64,000 nucleotides of DNA from Paraspadella gotoi (Eukaryota; Animalia; Chaetognatha). Position numbers and translations under genes: made by a program. Location of the stretch: NCBI GenBank assembly GCA_051294375.1, contig CM119266.1, positions 4,456,832 to 4,520,831 on the forward strand, given 5' to 3'. Below are positions 54,653-64,000 of the stretch, piece after piece; within the stretch, counting starts at the first letter, position 1; every line of letters starts with the position of its first letter. The notes below the pieces were generated by a model. The model searched no databases. It saw nothing but the letters and a program-made list of their open reading frames with translations, and was not told the DNA's origin.

Positions 54653-56378
54653 CTCTCAACTCTCAACGTAACCACCGTAAACCCGAGGGCAGGCCAAACT
54701 TTTGGCTATTTAAATGCTGCTTCGTAAAACGTTTATATTTATTACGAATAGTTCGGTTTTAATTTTGGAGATTATTTAATTTAAGATTTAAAATTTATTT
54801 AATTTTAGTTTATCGTTTCTCGGCTTGACTGTTATGTTTTTGTTTGTGAAGGTTGTTTCTTCTGGCTGATTGTTTGCGTTTTTATAATTATCTTCTTTAA
54901 TGTTAATTATTAAGTGGTAATATAATCAAAATAAATATTGATCTTGTATAATTTGGATGATTGTAAAAGTATAACTAATCACCTGCCAAAGGGGCTGACG
55001 CAAATAAGAAAACCAATATTATAGGGTTAAAACGGTTGACAAAAAACAAGGCGATCTGCTGCTATGATAAACAAATGAACCTCTGTAAGAATAGGGTTTT
55101 TAGTCCATTCACGCGAGAGCTCGCTTCGCGTTTCCAAGGAAAGAATCTTGCAGGGGTAAACGAAAACAAAATTGACAACAAGGATCAATTTAATGCTCAG
55201 AAATTATTACAAATATTTAAAATATGTTGTATCAGGGATGTCGGACGTCGAGCCCTTTTTCTTCCCTTACGGTCTCGAGCGGTCCAATACACCCACCACC
55301 CTCCTTCGGATCAAATTGGGGTTCTGTAGGGGAGCTCCTCTGATCCAATGATCTACGCCGGACCTGCCTTTGGGGATTCAGTAAGGCTGTTTCCAGGAGC
55401 GTATGAAAAGATTGAGCTATGGAACAATGTTTTTTTATCTGCCTTTGTATTTGTTAATAAAAAATAATGAAGCCTTTTTTTCAATTATAATAGTATCATA
55501 AATTAATTTTTTTTTATAGTATATTCCTTATAAAATCATCAAATTTCAAAATTAATAATTTTTTAATTTTAAGAACATGTTTTCGGATTTAGTTAAAAAA
55601 AACACAGAATGTGAGATTTGGGGACTTTTTTTCACGTTTTGGATTTCACCCGTATCGAAGCTGTTTAACATGAGTCGCCAAAGAGGAAACTTTATTTGCT
55701 AGAATGTATAGATTTATTATTGAATATATCCATCGGAAACTTCGTTAAAACGAGGTTTCTCCGGGTGAAAACACATTGGTGAGTTTACAATTTTAATTCC
55801 ATTTCTCTGTCTAACCTCACTCGGGATATCGAGGTTAAAGGCAAAAAATGGACCAGTTGAAAATTTGACTGGAAATTGAGAGTTTTACGAGGGCAAAAGG
55901 ATATCTTTCAACAAAGAAACTTTTGTAAATTTATGTTTTATGATAGTATTTATGTTAAAAATGATTAAATGTTTCATCATTATAGTTTTCTATTATTAAA
56001 AAATAAAAAAATAAAAAAAATTAACTTTTTTCGTTTTTGAAGCTAAAGTCATAGGAATATTGATAACATATTTTTATATGTTTTTGGTCTAACTTTGTAT
56101 GAATAATCAATATATGTAATGAAAATTATTCCCAAAAAACTAGTTTATTATTTTTATTATTATATAAAGAGATTACTAGTAAATATATTGTACTTCTATG
56201 ATACTGTTCCTAAAACAATATGACCAAAATATTTTTTTGAACTCGGATAATATATCTCTGATATCTAAAGATCCTTGTTTGTTCAGCTCAATTACAATTT
56301 TTTGTTCTCGAGAGTTGCCCACTCTATTGCCCAAAAGTATTGATTCATCAATGTGCTCTGTTTCTCTCTTCTCTCTCT

Positions 56379-56426
<48 letters not shown>

Positions 56427-56539
56427 TTCTCTTCTCTACTATTGTTTGGTGAAACATAATGTTGGTCCTCTTTCACATTTGTCAAAAATCATCCAATGAA
56501 GTCTTGCATAATAAAAAAGTCCGAAAACATGTACGCTGT

Positions 56540-56810
56540 GTGGCGTGATATTCACCACCGCCTTCACGTCCAGTCATCCTTTCAGCCAAATTCATTGGCT
56601 CAGAGGGGGAACAACCACACCACCCCAGGCCGTAGCGTTCCATCCACAGTCCTCATGACTTCCTCTGGCGTTGGCAAAGCGAGACCGTCCTAAAGTAACT
56701 GCCGCCAGTGACTGGAAGCGTCACTGTGGGTTGGAAGCTCCCAAAGCCAACAGTGAGATGCCCCATTCCCAATGGGCAATGGGCATCACAGGCAAACCCG
56801 GACTGTTGCC
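56540..56810 (-). mobile_element. Dispersed hairpin-rich element, copy C (independent locus, longer, diverged)
   Basis: The reverse complement shares ttgcctgtgatg, gcatctcactgttggctttggg, ccagtcactgg and taggacggtctcgctttgccaacgc with A/B, but the flanks are unrelated. Confidence 0.65.
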
Positions 56811-56889
56811 AATACAGCAAAATAAAACTAAGTAAATAAAAAAGAATTTTTCTTCTAAAATGCAACAAAAAACATAGAATACCACTATA

Positions 56890-57600
56890 GTCTAGTAAGT
56901 ATCCTTATTATTCAAGTTTTGATTCGACACTCTTCATCCTCTCAGATCCTCCATGCATCCATTCATATTTCCAGCCTCTTTCTCCAGCCTTTGCTTTTTT
57001 CCTCTTCCCTCCGCCTCATGCGACACACACACAAGTCACTCTCTCCTTCTCAAATCTTTGTCGAGCAGCTCGAGCAAGTTTGGCAGTCGTCGCGCGCTCG
57101 AGATCAGTGACCACAAGAGTTTGGGTTGCGGATGTCTGGTTGCGACAACTGCGGCAAAAGTGGCGATCGGCTTCCTCGACGTGATTCGCGTCAGTGGCGA
57201 CGCGCGCTTTGACCAAAATGATCTGAGCAATTCGATTAGAAAAGTTTTAATGAAGGAAATTGTTCTTTCACGTTCCAGGCGTTCGGTCGGTACGCCAGGT
57301 TTTAACATGGCGAGCTGGATAGAATGTAAATATAACTCGTAGCCCTGCAGAATCTCGCTGTAAGCAACGGAAGTAGCACGAGCTCTTCCCATCTACATTA
57401 TTCACAAAGAAAGAATGAGAGGGATGTCAAAGTCCAACAGGATCCGGAAGATTCTGGGCATTAATGTACAAGTCACAGTAATACGACTCGCGGTATGGTC
57501 ACCCATAACAGTTGAATGTACAATGACTCATGAGGCTGACGGTTATTACTCAACGAGCAACAACCAAAGAACAAAAGCCAAAAAGGCCGGGTGTTAAACT
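56890..57600 (-). pseudogene. Decayed coding-like segment of unknown origin (includes the 118-aa frame at 57036-57392)
   Basis: The segment is microsatellite-free with balanced composition. It has a complex-looking frame (SEILQGYELYLHSIQLAMLKPGVP...LPNLLELLDKDLRR) flanked by stop-interrupted frames. I recognise no family. Confidence 0.25.
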
Positions 57601-58027
57601 TTGCAATGCAATTTACACACAGAGTACAGATACACACAAAAATTATTATAGTTTTACAATTGTAAACAAATATTAAATTAGTAAACTAATCGAGATAGGA
57701 AAAAATAAGAAATTAATCAATATTTTTTAGGACTTATGGTTCAAGAGGAAACAGAGCATCTGCCAGACCTTGTTTGATCGAGGCGATTATACTTGCCCTT
57801 TTGTTTATAATTGTCTGATATTTTTTTTTTTAGAAAAATCCAGTGACAAGAGAAGTCGGATCGCCAAAAAGTTTAAAAGCAAAAAGAACAAGTTGTTTAA
57901 TATATCGCTATAAATTGTTCAATTTAAAGTTTTTTAATGGATTAATCATTCCAATTTTAACGATTATGGCTTGGTAGTCGGGCATTGCTAGGTTCACCCC
58001 GCCTAGAATCATAACACTTTCACTTGT

Positions 58028-58095
58028 GACTCGGTGGCTCAATTTGAGTTAAAGCCATCAGCTCATGACCACTAGGTACCGGTTCAATCCCAACC
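58028..58095 (+). mobile_element. tRNA-derived head (SINE head or tRNA pseudogene), truncated
   Basis: An A-box-like TGGCTCAATTTG (58035-58046) and a B-box GGTTCAATCCC (58081-58091) sit at tRNA spacing, with ctCATga at the anticodon-loop position. The stems do not close a cloverleaf. Confidence 0.5.
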
Positions 58096-61000
58096 CATCT
58101 CTCTCACTTTTCCCTTTTTTCCCTTTTTCGTCAAAATGGTCAATTGGTCATTTCCACTGAACCTTTAAAGACCATGGTTGTTGTCAACTTGTCATAACAT
58201 CACAACTCTTTCGATTATAACTCTCACCATAAAATCTCTTTTCTCAAATTCTCAAATTCACATAAACTTCGAAATCATCACATCACTGGTGAGTCAGATC
58301 ATCGGAGCTGTTGACCAATCAGAGACTGATCCTCTGAATAGTTGACCAATCAGAACGCTCACCCTCTCATCATCGACTCCTGTGACCACAAAAGAGAAAA
58401 AAAAGTGAGTCTCACAAAAAAGTCGTCGAGGCTTGGCTTTTCTTTTCTTTTCTTGTCTTATCTTGTCTTTTCTTTTCTTTTCTTCTCTTATCTTTTCTTG
58501 TCTTTTCTTTNNNNNNNNNNNNNNNNNNNNNNNNNNNNNNNNNNNNNNNNNNNNNNNNNNNNNNNNNNNNNNNNNNNNNNNNNNNNNNNNNNNNNNNNNN
58601 NNNNNNNNNNNNNNNNNNNNNNNNNNNNNNNNNNNNNNNNNNNNNNNNNNNNNNNNNNNNNNNNNNNNNNNNNNNNNNNNNNNNNNNNNNNNNNNNNNNN
58701 NNNNNNNNNNNNNNNNNNGAGAGAGAGAGAGAGAGAGAGAGAGAGAACAGTGAGTGTTAAAAAAATAGATTAGGGTATGTTTAAATTAAGAACCAATCCA
58801 TTTAAGTCAAACGTTTTATCACAAAATGAAAAAAAAATTAAAGTTTGTATTTAGTGATTGATGGATTCATGTATTGATTGATAGATTGGTTGATTGCTCT
58901 ATCGATTGATTCAATTTTTATGAATAGGTAAATTTTAAATTATAATTTAAATCATAAACAGATAAACTTTATAATCCAGCCAATCTTGCTCGTCCCTCTC
59001 TCCCTCTCTCTCTCCCCCTCTCTCTCTCCGTCACCAACCCACCCTGCCCTCTTCTCCCCCCCGACTACCCGACTACCCGACTACCCGACAACTCACAAAA
59101 AGACCGACACAGTTTAAAATTCCACCCACGTCTCTCTACTGACAGCGCTTCGTCGCCCTTAACTCTATTTTACGATTTTTAGTCGACGAGGAAATCGCCG
59201 AAGGAATCGCTCGTTGGCGTTTGCGCAATTTCTCTTCTTGCAAAACGAGGAGAGACTCTCTTTCTGGCATCAGTGTCCCGATCGGCGTCATCAGCGTCGC
59301 TGATTTTTTTTTTTGTCATTGATGTCATCAAATTTGGTTTTCGTCGGTGGTGGCATCGTCCTGGGCGTTTGTGTCATTATTTCTTTTGACATTGACNNNN
59401 NNNNNNNNNNNNNNNNNNNNNNNNNNNNNNNNNNNNNNNNNNNNNNNNNNNNNNNNNNNNNNNNNNNNNNNNNNNNNNNNNNNNNNNNNNNNNNNNNNNN
59501 NNNNNNNNNNNNNNNNNNNNNNNNNNNNNNNNNNNNNNNNNNNNNNNNNNNNNNNNNNNNNNNNNNNNNNNNNNNNNNNNNNNNNNNNNNNNNNNNNNNN
59601 NNNNNNNNNNNNNNNNNNNNNNNNNNNNNNNNNNNNNNNNNNNNNNNNNNNNNNNNNNNNNNNNNNNNNNNNNNNNNNNNNNNNNNNNNNNNNNNNNNNN
59701 NNNNNNNNNNNNNNNNNNNNNNNNNNNNNNNNNNNNNNNNNNNNNNNNNNNNNNNNNNNNNNNNNNNNNNNNNNNNNNNNNNNNNNNNNNNNNNNNNNNN
59801 NNNNNNNNNNNNNNNNNNNNNNNNNNNNNNNNNNNNNNNNNNNNNNNNNNNNNNNNNNNNNNNNNNNNNNNNNNNNNNNNNNNNNNNNNNNNNNNNNNNN
59901 NNNNNNNNNNNNNNNNNNNNNNNNNNNNNNNNNNNNNNNNNNNNNNNNNNNNNNNNACAGAAACATTGGGCATTGGGCATTGGGCATTGGGTAGAGCAAA
60001 GCAAAGAGAGAGAACATTGGAGTCGCGACAAAAAAGCAACAATGCGATGCAGTGAACTGTAGACAACGGGTTCAGCAAATGGTCGGTCGTTGTTGATGGC
60101 AGAAAGAGATAAAAGAATAAGAAGACGTTTTAGCCTTTTGTTTACAGTTTTTAGTTTTAAACAAAAACAAAATAAGGGAATATATTGTATTGCAGAGAAA
60201 ACTGACAACTACTTAGTTTTATTTAGTTAGTAGTAAAATTGTTTAAAAGAAAGAAAGGGAGTGATACAAATCGACCATCAATGAGACGAGGACGACAACG
60301 ACGACGATGACGACGACGATGACGACGAAGACAACGATGACCATCCCGTTTGATGACAACAATAACGCTTCGACCATCAGGAAACCGATTATGGCGCAGA
60401 TATGGTCTCGAGTTTTCAGCCACGGAGCTGATCCATGGTGCCGAGGCTATGGTGCAAAGAGGGAAAGACGCCGACGACGACGACGACGACGACGATCAAC
60501 GCGTCGTCATCTGCGTCTTTTTATGGTCAATTCCTGGGCATTGAAGAACCTTTGGAAAATGAAAATCGAAGAGGGGGGTGGGGGGGAGAGAGAAAGGGTA
60601 CGATGGTGGTTTCAAGATGGGATAGAAAAGGAAAGAAATTCGGTGTTTATATTGTTTTAAACTTTAAAACCTTTTTTCGTTTTTTAAGTCAAGAGTAATG
60701 TTTTAAGTTTANNNNNNNNNNNNNNNNNNNNNNNNNNNNNNNNNNNNNNNNNNNNNNNNNNNNNNNNNNNNNNNNNNNNNNNNNNNNNNNNNNNNNNNNN
60801 NNNNNNNNNNNNNNNNNNNNNNNNNNNNNNNNNNNNNNNNNNNNNNNNNNNNNNNNNNNNNNNNNNNNNNNNNNNNNNNNNNNNNNNNNNNNNNNNNNNN
60901 NNNNNNNNNNNNNNNNNNNNNNNNNNNNNNNNNNNNNNNNNNNNNNNNNNNNNNNNNNNNNNNNNNNNNNNNNNNNNNNGCTCATTTGCATATTATCATC

Positions 61001-61669
61001 GCAGGCGTCAAAACCATAAATAATATTTGTTAATATTGTTATTTTCTCCCTATAATTGTGTGAATATCGTGAAAAANNNNNNNNNNNNNNNNNNNNNNNN
61101 NNNNNNNNNNNNNNNNNNNNNNNNNNNNNNNNNNNNNNNNNNNNNNNNNNNNNNNNNNNNNNNNNNNNNNNNNNNNNNNNNNNNNNNNNNNNNNNNNNNN
61201 NNNNNNNNNNNNNNNNNNNNNNNNNNNNNNNNNNNNNNNNNNNNNNNNNNNNNNNNNNNNNNNNNNNNNNNNNNNNNNNNNNNNNNNNNNNNNNNNNNNN
61301 NNNNNNNNNNNNNNNGCTCATTTGCATATTATCATCGCAGGCGTCAAAACCATAATTAATATTTGTTAATATTGTTACTTTTTCCTTAAAAAAGTGTGAC
61401 AATCATGAAAAAAATGTTTTAAAATAAGAAACATTATAAAGTAATAGGTTTATGTTAACAATAATTGGAAAAACTTGTCTATTACAGATATCGACAAAGA
61501 GAGCGATTGNNNNNNNNNNNNNNNNNNNNNNNNNNNNNNNNNNNNNNNNNNNNNNNNNNNNNNNNNNNNNNNNNNNNNNNNNNNNNNNNNNNNNNNNNNN
61601 NNNNNNNNNNNNNNNNNNNNNNNNNNNNNNNNNNNNNNNNNNNNNNNNNNNNNNNNNNNNNNNNNNNNN

Positions 61670-61702
<33 letters not shown>

Positions 61703-64000
61703 AATGAAGCGACGCGATGGCGAGAGATCGAAAAAAAGTGGATGGAAACGAGAGGGAAACATTTAACGTGATTGGGAAGACATACGAGACGGAGGGAGAG
61801 CGAGATGAGACGAAGAGAGAGAGAGAGGTGACTGTGTGAGATCGAGAGGGAATAGAGGAGAGTGAGACGAATGAGATGCGACTGTGGGAGTGCAAGATGG
61901 GGAAGAGAGAAAACGCAAGGTGAGAGAGCGAGACGACGATTTTCAAAATGGGGTCGACTTTTACTTTGGAGATAAAGTTTATTTTCTTCGGTAGAAAATA
62001 ACAATAGCTATTTCGTCGTTGTCATCTCTATCGTCATCGTTTTCGTCGTCTTTCGTCGTTGTCATCTCTATCGTCATCGTTTTCGTCGTCTTTCGTCATC
62101 TCAACTAAATGACATCGACCCTCGACTTTTATCGCAACTTTTTTTTCTTTATTTTTTAAAAAGTTTAAAAGTTTAAAGAATTTGTGGTAGACTCGTTTGT
62201 TCTTTGCTCTTTTAAAGATTAAGTTAATTAAGAAATTAACTAATAATAATTATAGCCTAAAAAGTAAGAAGAACAATTTTAAAATCGAAATTTTACTTTA
62301 TATTTACAACATATAAAGTTATTCAATATTGATATTTACTAATCGAAATATCACCGGATAAAAATAGAAAAATCACACTGTGGCCTCAACGACCACATCG
62401 CTCCTCCAAAAATCTACTGTGCCGACCGACTTTTTGACGACAAAAAAAAAGATCGGAGATCAAAGATTCCAGCGTTGGCTGCCGCGGCGGCAGCGGCGGA
62501 GGCGGCGGCAGAAGCGGCGTTGTCACCGACACGGGCGCAGTTCACGCCGCCACGACGCCATCGGCGCTCATTGCGGCCTTAACGGCGCCGATTATCGCTT
62601 CGCATCGAGAGTCGATAAATCAGGAGGAATCGAGATTTAGGCGACGACGCCGCGGAAGAGGAAAAGAGCGCCGGTTGAAGGAGCGCCNNNNNNNNNNNNN
62701 NNNNNNNNNNNNNNNNNNNNNNNNNNNNNNNNNNNNNNNNNNNNNNNNNNNNNNNNNNNNNNNNNNNNNNNNNNNNNNNNNNNNNNNNNNNNNNNNNNNN
62801 NNNNNNNNNNNNNNNNNNNNNNNNNNNNNNNNNNNNNNNNNNNNNNNNNNNNNNNNNNNNNNNNNNNNNNNNNNNNNNNNNNNNNNNNNNNNNNNNNNNN
62901 NNCTCACAAAATCTAAGATTTAGATTTATTTTTCCAATAAATCTTTTTACGTTTCATCTCGTCCTCAACATTTATTATCAAAATCCACTCGACTCGAAAA
63001 TTATTTCTCTCCCAACTTTTTTTCTTGGCACCAAAATCACTTTGTCTTCACAGTCGCGACTTTCGCTTCTATCACTTCTATTGTTTTTATGACTTCTATC
63101 ACTAATACCACTTCTGTCACTGCCCTCGATCCCACAGCCCCGCATCATCACATCACGAGCTCTCTCCTCTCTTTTAACCACAGTTGAAACCACACTCAAA
63201 ACCACATACTGCCTCCTGCCTTAAACGGTCACTCCAAAACCGGCCATATTTTCCCAAAACGCCCCCTTTTTTGGTCTTTTTTCCCCAAAATGCCCCAATT
63301 TATCTCAAATTCGGAAATATTTATATTTTTTAGTTAAAGATTAGGTTAAAGTTTATGGTTTAGGATTAGATTAGAGATTAAGTAGGTGATTAAGGTTAGG
63401 GATTAGGTTAGGGATTAGATTAGGTATTAGGTTATGGATTAGATTAGGTGATTAAGGTTAGAAACTTGGTTTATAATTAGGTTTAAAGATTTGGGTTAAG
63501 AATTAGTGTTTAAAGTTAAGGGTTAGGATTAATTTTATTTATAAGGGCTTAGGGTGAGGTTTAGGCTTAGGCTTAAAGTGAGGGTTAAGTATTAGGTTAT
63601 GGATTAAGGTCAAAGATTAGGGTTAGGGATTGGTTTATAAGTTTAGGAATATATTTAACTTTAAGTTAGATTGTGATATTAAAATTAAATTTTGGGGAAA
63701 AACAAACCGAAATGGGGAATTCTCGGAAAAGAGAGCTCTAAAACCTCACTCCTTCAACACCCATCAGTCACATGACTTTCCCTCTCACCCAAACCATCAA
63801 AATCACCTTTCTCCACAACCCCCCCCACTAAACTACCCCAATCCGACAACCCCCCTGCGGCGCCCTACCATCACGTAGCGGCACCTCGAAAAACAGTTAA
63901 GCGGCGCCTCGGGATTTCGGGCCTCGACTCATCAAAAGCCGGCGTTGACTTTAAGCCAGCGGAGGAGAGAGAGGATTAAATCGCCTAATCATTTGGGGGG

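Larger units (their letters stand above)
48639..64000 (-). repeat. Arm 2 of the inverted duplication; partly redundant, interrupted by a direct copy of 39410-40000 (50444-51030) and a unique block (~54540-58100)
   Basis: See arm 1. Internal junctions fall at 25-N gaps (48614, 50419, 53294). Confidence 0.9.

Noticed and set aside
56648-56695. Structured element read as a hammerhead (CTCATGA...GAGACCGTC) or HDV-like ribozyme
   Set aside because: The core has mismatches at invariant positions in all copies, and no stem I or P1 partner was found.
58028-58095. Functional tRNA-Met gene
   Set aside because: The acceptor, anticodon and T stems do not pair, and the 3' end is truncated.
60980-61410. 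Tandem repeat with octamer ATTTGCAT motifs
   Set aside because: The same ~95-bp segment appears on both sides of a gap and only once in arm 1, so it is likely a scaffolding duplicate. A lone octamer is uninformative.

Overview
This is eukaryotic (invertebrate animal) genomic DNA: AT-rich, dense in (AG)n, (GAC)n, (ATT)n and (TTTA)n microsatellites, with 18 N-gaps. One protein-coding gene is clearly supported, a Gbx/unplugged ANTP-class homeobox gene on the minus strand. Its three visible coding exons are 33048-32792, 32500-32270 and 31974-31396; its first exon was not found. It has an intron between homeodomain residues 44 and 45 and an apparent ~190-aa extension after the conserved Gbx C-terminal motif. 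Much of the rest is redundant: ~9-17.6 kb repeats ~18.4-24.4 kb, and ~48.6-64 kb is largely an inverted copy of ~40.6-48.6 kb. Indel-rich noisy copies and seven gaps of exactly 25 N point to long-read gap-filling or haplotype artefacts rather than true duplications. Non-coding items worth follow-up are a ~210-270 nt hairpin-rich dispersed element whose insertions are themselves hairpins, a ~3.5 kb copy-specific block with a tRNA-like head and a decayed ORF, paired CCAAT boxes, two Helentron/HINE-like ends and several minisatellites. Nearly all ORFs in the supplied track are microsatellite or gap artefacts. No new system is demonstrated. All alignments and folds were done by eye, so repeat boundaries are approximate.
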